Source: a virus
IMG/VR virus record: IMGVR_UViG_3300015370_000568
Location: 1 to 64,000 of that record
Reading direction: 5' to 3' (one strand)
DNA length: 64,000 bases
The position numbers were made by a program, and so were the translations under genes. The notes below the pieces were generated by a model. That model was not told the origin of the DNA. It was given only the letters and a program-made list of their open reading frames with translations, and did not search any database. This document shows positions 17,153-26,457 of this stretch, piece by piece; within the stretch, counting starts at the first letter, position 1; each line of letters begins with the position of its first letter.

Positions 17153-17566
17153 ATGGGCGACGAAGACAAGACCATGGTAGAAACAAATCGAGGACCTGAA
17201 GACTCTGATAAGAAGGTGCCCCTAAAGTTTGGGTATATCATTGGAGTTACTGAGGAAGGCGAGCTTAAGTATCAACTGATTGGAGATACTGACCTTGTTC
17301 ACCTCCTATCACTCCATACAGCAATGGGACGTATTGTTGAGGCAGAGCTAGAGATGACTGAGCCTTCTCCTCTATTTATTGGAATGGCTCGTAATTCTAA
17401 GCTGCTAACTGATATTGCTCAGACTGTTGCTGCTATGGGAGATGCTCTCCAAGAGATTCAGACCAAGCTAGGAATCTCTGAAACAGCTAAAGAGACTAAT
17501 GAATGTTGCTGTGCAAAGGAGGAAGCTACTAGTGACACACCCTCGGGAACTGACCAGAGCAGCTAA
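17153..17566 (+). CDS. hypothetical protein
   Basis: ORF with purine-rich RBS. Confidence 0.6.
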   Translation: MGDEDKTMVETNRGPEDSDKKVPLKFGYIIGVTEEGELKYQLIGDTDLVHLLSLHTAMGRIVEAELEMTEPSPLFIGMARNSKLLTDIAQTVAAMGDALQEIQTKLGISETAKETNECCCAKEEATSDTPSGTDQSS

Positions 17567-19703
17567 ACAAATCTTCATAGAAAGATATCTTCTTAAAGAT
17601 AAAGATGGACAAGTCATTGAGACTCCTGATGAATTATTCAGACGTGTCGCTAAAGCTGTAGCTAAAGCGGAGAAGCCTGGAGGACCTCAAGGACACTGGG
17701 CAGAGAAATTCTATGAAGGAATGTCTTCTCTTACCTGGCTTCCAAACAGTCCTACTCTTCTAAATGCTGGAGCTGGCCAAGATGGAAAGAATCGAGGCTG
17801 TTTATCTGCTTGTTTTCAGCTAACTCCTGAGGATGATGAAGAAGATATCCTCGATACAGCCAAAAGAATGGGGATGATTCTTAAACATGGAGGAGGAGTA
17901 GGTATTGCTCTCTCCAAGTTAAGACCTCAAGGCTCACCTATTAAAAGTACTCATGGTATAGCTCATGGACCAGTACTTGCTTTAAGAGAAGTCTTCCGAG
18001 CTGTTCCTAGACAGATTACACAAGGCGGTGTTCGGCAAGCTGCCAATATGTGTATTCTACATAGAAGCCATCCTGATATTGAAAAATTCATTACGGTCAA
18101 GAAAGACCACCTTCCTAATGGTCCCGATGACCCAGGCATGGCTTTGTATAATATCTCAGTAGCTACTGATGATGAGTTCTTTAGAACTTTTGACCAAGAA
18201 AAGAACAAGCAACTCTTTGATAAGATTACTGAGATGGCATGGCAACATGGCTGCCCTGGATTCTATTTCATTGACCATGCTAATAAAGATAATCTCCTGC
18301 TTCGTGATTACCTAGAAACAGAAAATCCCTATTATTTTCATGGAGTTAATCCGTGTGGAGAGCAAAGTCTTCCAAGTACGGGAAGCTGTACCTTAGCTTC
18401 TATTAACATTGCTCGTTTCTTTAAGGGCAGTACTTTTGACAAGGTAGGATTTGGTCTTTGTGTAAAGACAGTCATTCGCTTTTTGGATGACGTTCTAACT
18501 ATTAATACCTATCCCGATGAGAAAATAGCAGAGTATGCTCTCTTTAGTAGAGACATTGGTCTAGGAATCATGGGCCTGACTGATGTTTTTACAGAAGCAG
18601 GAGTAGAATATGGTTCTCCTGAAAGTCTAGCCCTCTGTGATACTGTAATGACAGAGATGGCTAGAGCAGCTAGAGAAGCATCAGAAGACCTTGCTCAAGA
18701 GAGAGGTCCTGCTCCAGCAATGGAGAGGATAAGAAAAATTGCGCCGAGACGAAATACTAGTCTTCTAGTAGTTGCTCCTACAGGTAGCCTTAGTATCTTT
18801 GCTGATTGTGTCGGTGGTGTTGAACCTCTATTTGCACCAGTAGAATTAAGAAAGCAAGGAGGAATAGAGTATTTCAATATCCCCCGAGTAGTTAGACAGT
18901 TTCTTAAGCCTGGCGATCTTGATAAATTGGATAAGATACTATCATCAGACAAGATAACTAAAGAAAAGATGACCCTGGCTGAAGAACTAATCAGACCAAA
19001 ACTACCCAAGTTTCTCAAGACAGCTCATGAAATACACTGGAGAAATAAACTTGATGTCATTGCTACCATTCAAAAGTATGTAGACCGTGGGATTAGTCAT
19101 ACTCTAAATCTTCCTCATGATGCTAAGCTAGAAGATGTAAGAGAGTCAGCCATTTATGCTTGGGAGCAAGGACTAAAGGGATGGACATGCTATCGAGATG
19201 GGTCCATTCCTCAGCAGCCTTATACAGCTCTGTCTACTCTTCAACAGCAGCAGAAGACAGAGGTACAAGGATTATTCCCTGTACCTGATGTAGTTCCTGG
19301 TGAAGTTCATAAAGTTAAGGTAGATATTGACGGAAAAGAACCAGAACATGTCTATATTACTGTAGGATTCATTCCTGGAACTAAAAAACCTTTCGAAGTA
19401 TTTGTTTCTGGCCGCGTCCAAAACTTATCTCCTATTGCTATGCAACAAATTACTCTTACTACAAGGTTAGTATCTACTTGTCTAAGAGCTAGAGCTCCTC
19501 TAGCTGAGGTGATTAAGCAACTAGAGAGAACAGAGGGCCAATGGATGTATTCTATCCCTCTCTCAATTGCCAAAGTCTTGTCTCAATACTTACTGGCTGC
19601 TGGAGCAATTAATGGTGCCCGCTGTCCTGATTGTGGAGAACCTACTCTCCATGGAGAAGGTTGCGAAAAGTGTACCATTTGTGGCTGGTCTCGCTGCAGC
19701 TAG
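17499..19703 (+). CDS. nrdJ: class II (B12-dependent) ribonucleotide reductase with TSCPD and Zn-ribbon domains
   Basis: PNSPTLLNAG, SACF, GGGVG, NPCGEQ, CTLASIN, APTGS, YRDGS; C-terminal CPDC..GCEKCTICGWSRC. Confidence 0.93.
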   Translation: MNVAVQRRKLLVTHPRELTRAAKQIFIERYLLKDKDGQVIETPDELFRRVAKAVAKAEKPGGPQGHWAEKFYEGMSSLTWLPNSPTLLNAGAGQDGKNRGCLSACFQLTPEDDEEDILDTAKRMGMILKHGGGVGIALSKLRPQGSPIKSTHGIAHGPVLALREVFRAVPRQITQGGVRQAANMCILHRSHPDIEKFITVKKDHLPNGPDDPGMALYNISVATDDEFFRTFDQEKNKQLFDKITEMAWQHGCPGFYFIDHANKDNLLLRDYLETENPYYFHGVNPCGEQSLPSTGSCTLASINIARFFKGSTFDKVGFGLCVKTVIRFLDDVLTINTYPDEKIAEYALFSRDIGLGIMGLTDVFTEAGVEYGSPESLALCDTVMTEMARAAREASEDLAQERGPAPAMERIRKIAPRRNTSLLVVAPTGSLSIFADCVGGVEPLFAPVELRKQGGIEYFNIPRVVRQFLKPGDLDKLDKILSSDKITKEKMTLAEELIRPKLPKFLKTAHEIHWRNKLDVIATIQKYVDRGISHTLNLPHDAKLEDVRESAIYAWEQGLKGWTCYRDGSIPQQPYTALSTLQQQQKTEVQGLFPVPDVVPGEVHKVKVDIDGKEPEHVYITVGFIPGTKKPFEVFVSGRVQNLSPIAMQQITLTTRLVSTCLRARAPLAEVIKQLERTEGQWMYSIPLSIAKVLSQYLLAAGAINGARCPDCGEPTLHGEGCEKCTICGWSRCS

Positions 19704-19723
19704 TCTAGAAAGTTTGTCCTACA

Positions 19724-20602
19724 ATGATGAAACTAACCGACATTCGTCGTGATCCTAGTGGTATTGTCTGGAAGCTCATCTTTGAGAGTGCTAGCAGTCC
19801 AGCAATAGCAGAGACTGTAGTCTATCGGTATAACGATAGAGTAGTAGTCTGTTTCTCTTGTCAAAGTGGCTGTCCAGTAGGATGTGTATTCTGTGGCACT
19901 GGTAATCATTTCATAAGAAACCTTACTGTTTCAGAAATGCAACTACAGATTGAGAAAGGTCTAAATCTAGCTGGTCGAGCCAAACAAATGCAAATCATGG
20001 CTATGTCTATGGGTGAGCCAGCATTAAATCACCAGGCTGTATTAGAAGTAGCCGAGGATTACTTGTCTCAAGGCTATGACTTTTTCTTCTCAACAATAGG
20101 ATTAAGAGATAACCCTTTCATTGACCAGGTATGTCTACTAGGACAAAGATACTGGCGCTGCGGGCTACAATTTTCTCTTCATTCTCTTAATGACCAGGAA
20201 AGACTTTCGCTCTTCAGAAATAAACGCCTTCCATACATGACCATTGAAGAGATGATAGCCGCAGCTGACAAATTCAAGGCACGAAGCAGAAGTTCAGCAT
20301 ACTTCAACTGGATTTGTACACCAGCTAATGCCACTCAGGAGAATGCTGAAGAAATGCAAATCCTGAGAAGACACCATCTAACCTGTTCTGTTATGTGTAA
20401 TACTTCTTGTCCAGAAAAAGGTGATATACAACTAGCAGAAAAATTTGCCTCATTAGTCAGAGACTGTACTAACGAAGTCACAGTGTCTACTTTCGATCCT
20501 GCAGGACAAGACACTATCGGAGGAGGATGCGGGCAACTTTGGTATGTACAGGAAAAGTTGAAAGAGTTAAGAGGAAAAGGAAATAAAAATGAAGCTCTAT
20601 AA
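19724..20602 (+). CDS. RlmN/Cfr-like radical SAM RNA methyltransferase
   Basis: CFSCQSGCPVGCVFC, MSMGEP, QFSLH, GGGCGQL. Confidence 0.82.
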   Translation: MMKLTDIRRDPSGIVWKLIFESASSPAIAETVVYRYNDRVVVCFSCQSGCPVGCVFCGTGNHFIRNLTVSEMQLQIEKGLNLAGRAKQMQIMAMSMGEPALNHQAVLEVAEDYLSQGYDFFFSTIGLRDNPFIDQVCLLGQRYWRCGLQFSLHSLNDQERLSLFRNKRLPYMTIEEMIAAADKFKARSRSSAYFNWICTPANATQENAEEMQILRRHHLTCSVMCNTSCPEKGDIQLAEKFASLVRDCTNEVTVSTFDPAGQDTIGGGCGQLWYVQEKLKELRGKGNKNEAL

Positions 20603-21104
20603 AGTAACAACAGCTAAGGGAGTTTCAGGCACACGATTTCCATGTATTGCAAAAGTTTACTGGAAAGCAGGAGTTACTAAGGAGCTTACACCTAGGCCAG
20701 ACCCACGGCTATGTACAAGCACAGTTTATCATGCTTATGTACACCCAATCCAAGCAGTTCTTGCAGACTCCCTCCTTCATCTTAACTATCTTCTTGCAGG
20801 ACAACTTTGGGAAGCAGAAGGTGAGCCAGTAATCTGGGATTGTAGAAAAGTTGGCTGCTTCAAACTAACAACTATCAGACCAATCGAGACTCCTTCTGTA
20901 TCAGGCACACTTCTACTCTTTATTTTTAGAGAACTAAATACTCTTAGGCCAGCTTTGACACTACCTCCTGAATCAGCCATTACAGCTAGTTATCTCTTTC
21001 TCTCTGACTTTGATTCTATCTCCCCATGTGAGCTTCAGGAAGCATATGACATTGCTTGGAGGAAATGGAAGAAAACGGAAGAAAAAAATGAACTGGATGC
21101 CTGA
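20589..21104 (+). CDS. hypothetical phage protein
   Basis: LYKVT...LC..YHAY...LWEAEGE...KVGC pattern. Confidence 0.6.
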   Translation: MKLYKVTTAKGVSGTRFPCIAKVYWKAGVTKELTPRPDPRLCTSTVYHAYVHPIQAVLADSLLHLNYLLAGQLWEAEGEPVIWDCRKVGCFKLTTIRPIETPSVSGTLLLFIFRELNTLRPALTLPPESAITASYLFLSDFDSISPCELQEAYDIAWRKWKKTEEKNELDA

Positions 21105-21909
21105 ACTCGAAAAGGCTCTTCAAGAAAATAGACTAGCTTTCAAATGCACTAACTGGGGCGGTTATCCATGTAACGGTGGCAAACAGGATCATCAGCTAGC
21201 CCTCGGGCCTGATAATGAACCGGGTGAATGGCTGCCTACCCAGAGAAGAGAGATGTGCTGTTCAGGCTACCATGTAACCGTTAAGCCATATCAATGGCAA
21301 GGCAGTCAGGTATGGCTCGTTGAAACAAAAGAGCCTATTAACCTGGCCAACGATAAGAGCTGTGTAAGCAGTCTTAGAGCTGTTGCACTAGTTAATCCGG
21401 CTGAATGTATCAATCCAGGGGTTTGGGTTGTAGCTTCAAAAGCTAATCTCTCTGAAGCTAATCTTTCTGGAGCTAATCTCTCTAATGCTGATCTTTCTAG
21501 AGCTGATCTCTCTGGAGCTAATCTTTGTAGCACTGATCTTCTTAACACTAATCTTTCCAGAGCTGATCTCTCTAGAGCCAACCTTACGAAAGCCAATCTT
21601 TCTAATGCTAATCTCTTTGGAGCTGATCTTACTGGAGCTGATCTCACTAGAGCTAACTTTCAAGGAGCTGATCTTACTGGAGCTAATCTACTTAGAGCTC
21701 ACCTTGCTGGAGCTGATCTCTCGGAAGCTAATCTAACCAGAGCTAACCTTCGAAAAGCTAATCTCTTAGGAGCTAATCTTTCTAGCGCCAATCTTCGTAT
21801 GGCTAATTTCTGTGAAGCTAACCTCTCTGAAGTTATTCTTTTTGAGGTTAGAAATGCTCATTCAGCTTTCAACTTTCCAGAAGAAATTGAAGGAGCTATC
21901 CAGAGGTAG
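21010..21909 (+). CDS. pentapeptide repeat protein (probable start near 21088)
   Basis: Long A(D/N)Lxx repeat tract after a Cys-containing N-terminal domain. Confidence 0.9.
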   Translation: MILSPHVSFRKHMTLLGGNGRKRKKKMNWMPELEKALQENRLAFKCTNWGGYPCNGGKQDHQLALGPDNEPGEWLPTQRREMCCSGYHVTVKPYQWQGSQVWLVETKEPINLANDKSCVSSLRAVALVNPAECINPGVWVVASKANLSEANLSGANLSNADLSRADLSGANLCSTDLLNTNLSRADLSRANLTKANLSNANLFGADLTGADLTRANFQGADLTGANLLRAHLAGADLSEANLTRANLRKANLLGANLSSANLRMANFCEANLSEVILFEVRNAHSAFNFPEEIEGAIQR

Positions 21910-21994
21910 GGTTGTAAAATGTCTATGACTATGATAACTTAGAAAGACTATCACAAGGTCTATGAGAAGAGAAAAGAAAAGATATAGTTTCTAC

Positions 21995-22082
21995 TCAAGG
22001 GTGACCGAGTGGCCGATGGTAACGGGCTGTTAACCCGTCGACTAACCCTCCACCGCAGGTTCAAATCCTGCCCCTTGAGCCA
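21995..22082 (+). tRNA. tRNA-Asn(GTT) with long variable region
   Basis: TCAAGGG/CCCTTGA acceptor, ACGGG-CTGTTAA-CCCGT anticodon arm, TTCAAAT loop, CCA. Confidence 0.85.
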
Positions 22083-22085
22083 TAA

Positions 22086-22160
22086 CCCTCGTTCGTCTAG
22101 CGGTTAGGACTCCACCCTTCCAAGGTGGAAGCGTCGGTTCGACTCCGACACGAGGGTCCA
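22086..22160 (+). tRNA. tRNA-Gly(TCC)
   Basis: Cloverleaf, CCACC-CTTCCAA-GGTGG, U73, CCA. Confidence 0.92.
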
Positions 22161-22213
22161 CTATCTTTCCTCTTAAATAGTCGCAACTTCCTCTTTTTTG
22201 AAAGGCGAATGAC

Positions 22214-23146
22214 ATGACATGGCAAGAGCTTCTTGACCAAGTAACTCTGGATGCTGCTGATTGTCGAGATGTTCGAAAGGCTTTGAGCCTTTGCGAATAC
22301 AAAGCTACTGAAGATACTGGGGACAATATGTTGGAGAATGCCCGAATGACTCCTTGGGCATTCGGACAGATGTGTCAGCGACTAGGTATTCCTACTTCCT
22401 ATATGAATATTTGTCCTTCTCAGCTGAGAGAAACCAATATTCTCTATTGGCTAACTCGGTCACCAAGAGATGTAATGATTCGCTTTCGAGAAGATACAGT
22501 CAGAGCATTAGTATCTGACAAGTACGGCCCGCTTGATGACCATAAAATGGTTAAGCTAACAATGGATAAAGCTGACGACCAACTAGATATTGTCAGAGCC
22601 AGCTGTAGTGATTCTTTTACTGAGCTAGTAACTCTTGACAAGCTAGGGCCTCTAGGAGTTAGAGACCTACAAGACCATGAGTTTCGTATTGGTCTAATTC
22701 TTCATAACAGTATGGTTGGCCGGGCTGCTTTTCGAGCTAGACTTGCAGTTCTGAGACAAAGACAGTCTTGCTGGTGGATATATCTTTCATCTGGTAGTGT
22801 TAGTGTATCCAAGCGGCACATCTATATTGATGAGGACCAGTTTCTTCTTAAACTAGAAGCTGTCCTAGCTCAATTGAATACATTCCGAGTAGCAGCAGAA
22901 CAAGCTCTTGAGTCAGCCCTTATTGATAAGGTTAAGCCAGTTGAGCTAGCAAGGTTGAAGCATAAGATGGCTCTCATCTTTGGAGCTGTGTGGGTAAAAG
23001 AAAGATGGCCCGGCTTTGAGCAGGATTCCTCTCTTACTAAGTATACTCTAGCAAGTATTATTGCTGAAGAAGCTAATAGAGATGGAATTTCTCCTGAAGA
23101 TCATGTATATGGCTCACTCATTGCTGGAAGACTAGTAGGAGTATAA
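22214..23146 (+). CDS. DUF932-like phage protein
   Basis: AFGQMCQRLGIP, VRALVSDKY, LHNSMVG motifs. Confidence 0.7.
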   Translation: MTWQELLDQVTLDAADCRDVRKALSLCEYKATEDTGDNMLENARMTPWAFGQMCQRLGIPTSYMNICPSQLRETNILYWLTRSPRDVMIRFREDTVRALVSDKYGPLDDHKMVKLTMDKADDQLDIVRASCSDSFTELVTLDKLGPLGVRDLQDHEFRIGLILHNSMVGRAAFRARLAVLRQRQSCWWIYLSSGSVSVSKRHIYIDEDQFLLKLEAVLAQLNTFRVAAEQALESALIDKVKPVELARLKHKMALIFGAVWVKERWPGFEQDSSLTKYTLASIIAEEANRDGISPEDHVYGSLIAGRLVGV

Positions 23147-23153
23147 CTGTCCT

Positions 23154-24377
23154 ATGGCTCAAGTAGCTCATCTGGTAATGTGTACCTCCGCCAACAACAA
23201 TAAATACTACAACATGGAAGAAAAAGGTGGCGAGATTCATGTAGAATATGGCCGAGTAGGAGTTACTTCTGTCTCTTGTGTCTATCCATTAAGTAAATGG
23301 AACTCGCTCTATAACTCTAAGATTAAGAAGGGCTATAGAGATATCACTGCTATGAAAGCAGTACAGACAAGTAATCCTTCAGGATTTCTTGATATCTCGG
23401 ACAGAGCTATTGCTACTCTTATTGCTGACCTTCAAGCCTTTGCTAAAAAATCAGTGTCTCAAAACTACACTGTTTCATCAGAAGCAGTAACTGCTCAACA
23501 AGTTGCAGAGGCACAGAGAATTCTAGATAGCATTGCTCAACAACTTTCTCCATCAGCAGATGGTAGAGCTATTGATGCTATGCTTCTCAATCTCTACCAC
23601 GTAATTCCAAGAAAAATGGATCACGTCCATAATTTCTTGATTCGTGGTACTAATTTAACAGATACCAAGCTCTATAAGAGAGCTCAAGAGTTAGTAAGTA
23701 ATGAGCAAGCTACTCTTGATGTCATGAGCGGCCAGGTTTCTTTACATACAGCCCAACAGACTCAACAAGCTACTCCTGATGACCCCATTACTATTCTTGA
23801 TGCTATTGGTATCTCTCTAACAATAACAGCTCAAGAAGATATAGATATCATCAAAACTCAGCTCGGAGGAATGCAAAATCAGTACCAAACGTCCTATAAA
23901 GTAACAAACAAAAAGACAGAAGAAAGATTTCAAAAATGGTTACAGTCAACAAAGAATAAGACGACCAAGCTCTTCTGGCATGGTAGTCGTAATGAGAACT
24001 GGTGGAATATCCTAGGCTCTGGATTAATGATTCGTCCTTCTGGAGTAGTACATACTGGAAGTATGCTCGGAAATGCCATTTATGGAGCTGACCGAGCTAA
24101 GAAATCTCTAGGCTATACATCAATCAATGGCTCTTATTGGGCTAGAGGTAGTGCTAGACGAGCATTTATGGGTCTCTTCCTCTTTCATCTTGGCAAACAA
24201 TTAAAGCTAACTAATTTCCCTTCTGATGCTCATCGCTTTTCTTCCAAGTATTTAGCTAGTAAGGGAGGTTATGATAGTGTATTTGCCTCAGCAGAAAAAG
24301 GAATGCTTCGTAACAATGAATTTACTGTCTATAGACCTGACCAGGTAACTATCAGATATCTGGTAGAAATTAAGTAA
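23154..24377 (+). CDS. PARP-like ADP-ribosyltransferase (WGR + regulatory + catalytic domains)
   Basis: NNNKYY..YGRVG (WGR), LYHVIPR, LFWHGSR, GNAIYGAD..KSLGY, NNEF (H-Y-E triad). Confidence 0.88.
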   Translation: MAQVAHLVMCTSANNNKYYNMEEKGGEIHVEYGRVGVTSVSCVYPLSKWNSLYNSKIKKGYRDITAMKAVQTSNPSGFLDISDRAIATLIADLQAFAKKSVSQNYTVSSEAVTAQQVAEAQRILDSIAQQLSPSADGRAIDAMLLNLYHVIPRKMDHVHNFLIRGTNLTDTKLYKRAQELVSNEQATLDVMSGQVSLHTAQQTQQATPDDPITILDAIGISLTITAQEDIDIIKTQLGGMQNQYQTSYKVTNKKTEERFQKWLQSTKNKTTKLFWHGSRNENWWNILGSGLMIRPSGVVHTGSMLGNAIYGADRAKKSLGYTSINGSYWARGSARRAFMGLFLFHLGKQLKLTNFPSDAHRFSSKYLASKGGYDSVFASAEKGMLRNNEFTVYRPDQVTIRYLVEIK

Positions 24378-24379
24378 GC

Positions 24380-24467
24380 AGAGAGATGCCTGAGAGGTTA
24401 AAAGGGCCGCCCTGCTAAGGCGTGCGAGGTAACACTCACGTCAGTTCGAATCTGACTCTCTCTGCCA
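24380..24467 (+). tRNA. tRNA-Ser(GCT)
   Basis: AGAGAGA/TCTCTCT acceptor, CTGCTAA loop, long variable arm, CCA. Confidence 0.85.
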
Positions 24468-24506
24468 ACTTATAACTTTTTCTAAGCCTGATGAAAGGGA
24501 AAAGCA

Positions 24507-24755
24507 ATGACCATTTTCAAGTTTTCACTTCCTGTTCATGGCCTTAATACAGTTCTAATGCCCAAGTGGGCAGACATTGTGCATTGTGATTTTTCAGGTG
24601 ACGACCCAGCCATTTGGGTCTATTGTAATCAGGAAGCTTTGAAAGAAGAGCGACAGTTTCTTGTTCTAGGCACTGGGAAGCCTATTCCTAAGAAGGCCAT
24701 CTACCTGGGCACAGCAGTTAAACCAGGGGTTGGTGTTCATGTCTTTGAAGTATAA
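24507..24755 (+). CDS. small conserved phage protein
   Basis: TIFKF..., GTG.PIP, YLGT, VHVFE pattern. Confidence 0.65.
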   Translation: MTIFKFSLPVHGLNTVLMPKWADIVHCDFSGDDPAIWVYCNQEALKEERQFLVLGTGKPIPKKAIYLGTAVKPGVGVHVFEV

Positions 24756-24765
24756 GATATCTAGA

Positions 24766-24843
24766 GACCTCGTCGTCTAGTCTGGCTCAGGATCCTGGCC
24801 TTTCACGCCAGAGACGCGGATTCAAATTCCGCCGAGGTCGCCA
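24766..24843 (+). tRNA. tRNA-Glu(TTC)
   Basis: CTGGC-CTTTCAC-GCCAG; CCA. Confidence 0.92.
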
Positions 24844-24857
24844 TACATATACTACTT

Positions 24858-24945
24858 GCCGGTGTGGAGGAATCAGGCATACTCCTCCCACTTAAAATGG
24901 GAGGCCCTTAGTGGATTGAGGGTTCAAATCCCTCCACCGGCACCA
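24858..24945 (+). tRNA. tRNA-Leu(TAA)
   Basis: TCCCA-CTTAAAA-TGGGA; variable arm; CCA. Confidence 0.92.
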
Positions 24946-24956
24946 AAAGAAAAAGA

Positions 24957-25157
24957 ATGTCCAGACGTGAGTATATAACTACTGAGCCACCTCTTAACCC
25001 ACCAGAAATCTGTGAAGAATGTGGCAAAGCAGAAGCCTTCAGGTGGATAAGAGATGGTAACTGGCAGCCTTACTATCTTTGTCATCATTGCTATCTAGAA
25101 TTTGATACAGTAAGAGGTGAATTTCTGTTTGAAATTGAAAAAGAAAGGAACAGATAA
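24957..25157 (+). CDS. small Zn-finger protein
   Basis: CEEC ... CHHC. Confidence 0.55.
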   Translation: MSRREYITTEPPLNPPEICEECGKAEAFRWIRDGNWQPYYLCHHCYLEFDTVRGEFLFEIEKERNR

Positions 25158-25159
25158 TA

Positions 25160-25405
25160 ATGACCTCAGGACAAATGATGGTCTGGGCAGCAGTCCTAGC
25201 TAAAGAACTAGATATCTCTAATCCCCCAAGACATGTCCTTGAAGACGAAACACAATGGAGTAAATGGGAAGACAATCGTCTTATTACTGCTATTGAACAA
25301 GCAAATCATGTAGTAAAATGGCTTGAAACAATAGGACCTCAAGTAAAAGAAGCAATGGGCGGAGAGACTGACTCTTATATCACTCTCATGGAAATGATTC
25401 AGTAG
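25160..25405 (+). CDS. hypothetical protein
   Basis: ORF between tRNAs, GAAAGG upstream. Confidence 0.55.
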   Translation: MTSGQMMVWAAVLAKELDISNPPRHVLEDETQWSKWEDNRLITAIEQANHVVKWLETIGPQVKEAMGGETDSYITLMEMIQ

Positions 25406-25406
25406 T

Positions 25407-25492
25407 GGTCCTGTAGGAGAATTGGTATATCCAAGAGGCTTAGACCCTCTGGCCTAACAGCCGTCCTGGTTCGAATCCGGGCAGGACCACCA
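25407..25492 (+). tRNA. tRNA-Leu(TAG)
   Basis: AGAGG-CTTAGAC-CCTCT; variable arm; CCA. Confidence 0.92.
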
Positions 25493-25555
25493 CACACACA
25501 CACAATCTTAGTTGCAGAAAGTACCACTTAATGGTACCTTTAGTGAATGAAACCT

Positions 25556-25631
25556 CGGAGAATGGGCAAGTTGGTATGCCACCTGTTTTGGGGACAGGAA
25601 ATCGGGAGTTCAAGTCTCCCTTCTCCGACCA
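25556..25631 (+). tRNA. tRNA-Pro(TGG)
   Basis: CCTGT-TTTGGGG-ACAGG; CGGAGAA/TTCTCCG acceptor; CCA. Confidence 0.9.
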
Positions 25632-25638
25632 TTCTTGG

Positions 25639-25712
25639 TGCGGTATGGTGAAACAGCATCACACTAGGCTCATAACCTTGAGTTTCCAGTGCAACTCTGG
25701 ATACCGCTACCA
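25639..25712 (+). tRNA. tRNA-Met(CAT), possibly initiator-like (1:72 mismatch)
   Basis: CTCATAA loop; GCGGTA/TACCGC acceptor; CCA. Confidence 0.8.
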
Positions 25713-25714
25713 CT

Positions 25715-25951
25715 ATGACTATTAAGCGTTTCTCCTCTAAAAAGCTTCAGAAAGAATTCAAAGTCATTGGGGCTTGTGCTGACTTGCTAAGTTCTCTGAA
25801 AAATGAAGATGCACAGGCACGAGCAGCAGGTTACTTACTTCATCTCTTCGGAAAAGAAGAGATAGAGGAAGAAGATAAGCAAAAAGTAAAGATAGAAGCA
25901 ATTGGCTTTACGTTACCAGAAAACGATGAAGATGAAGATGAAGGCGCGTAG
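25715..25951 (+). CDS. acidic-tailed hypothetical protein
   Basis: ORF whose stop codon lies inside tRNA-Val. Confidence 0.6.
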   Translation: MTIKRFSSKKLQKEFKVIGACADLLSSLKNEDAQARAAGYLLHLFGKEEIEEEDKQKVKIEAIGFTLPENDEDEDEGA

Positions 25952-26017
25952 TTCAGTTGGGAGAACGCTGCCCTTACAAGGCAGAAGTCGCAGGTCCAAA
26001 TCCTGTCGCGCCTACCA
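25942..26017 (+). tRNA. tRNA-Val(TAC)
   Basis: CTGCC-CTTACAA-GGCAG; CCA. Confidence 0.92.
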
Positions 26018-26027
26018 CCTTTCTTGT

Positions 26028-26122
26028 GGGAAGATAACGTCCGCAGGCTGTAAACCTGCCCTGCTTTAACAACTGGCGTACGGTCTAGCAGCAAGGAGGT
26101 TCAAATCCTTCTCTTCCCACCA
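26028..26122 (+). tRNA. atypical tRNA-Tyr(GTA), D-armless with a very long variable arm
   Basis: GGGAAGA/TCTTCCC acceptor, GCAGG-CTGTAAA-CCTGC anticodon arm, T arm, A73, CCA; only 8 nt between acceptor and anticodon stems. Confidence 0.75.
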
Positions 26123-26132
26123 TCTAAATTAT

Positions 26133-26207
26133 GCGGCAGAAGCTCAAGTGGCTGAGCATCTGACTGTGGATCAGAAGGCTGTGAGTTCAAATCTCACCTG
26201 CCGTTCA
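26133..26207 (+). tRNA. tRNA-His(GTG), atypical 3' end
   Basis: TCTGA-CTGTGGA-TCAGA; T arm; no clean encoded CCA. Confidence 0.75.
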
Positions 26208-26268
26208 CTTGACTAAATAGTCTGAATTGACTAGTAAGTCAAACTAGGCTATTTAATCAACTATATGT

Positions 26269-26343
26269 GGAGCTATAACATAGAAGTCTATGTGCTTGAC
26301 TGAAAATCAAGAGATCCTGGAGCGTTACCAGGTGGCTCCACCA
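26269..26343 (+). tRNA. tRNA-Phe(GAA)
   Basis: CTTGA-CTGAAAA-TCAAG; atypical T loop; CCA. Confidence 0.85.
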
Positions 26344-26346
26344 TTA

Positions 26347-26435
26347 GGAAGGTTGGCCGAGCGGTTTAAGGCGGTAGTCTTGAAAACTACAGAGGTTAAT
26401 AGCCTCCAGAGGTTCGAATCCTCTACCTTCCTCCA
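26347..26435 (+). tRNA. tRNA-Ser(TGA)
   Basis: GTAGT-CTTGAAA-ACTAC; variable arm; CCA. Confidence 0.93.
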
Positions 26436-26457
26436 CAAACTATAGGAGAAAAATTAG

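Noticed and set aside
21306-21736. Repetitive ORFs in other frames
   Set aside because: Shadows of the pentapeptide repeat tract
25489-25504. (CA)n microsatellite after tRNA-Leu
   Set aside because: Short, intergenic and single; no evidence of function
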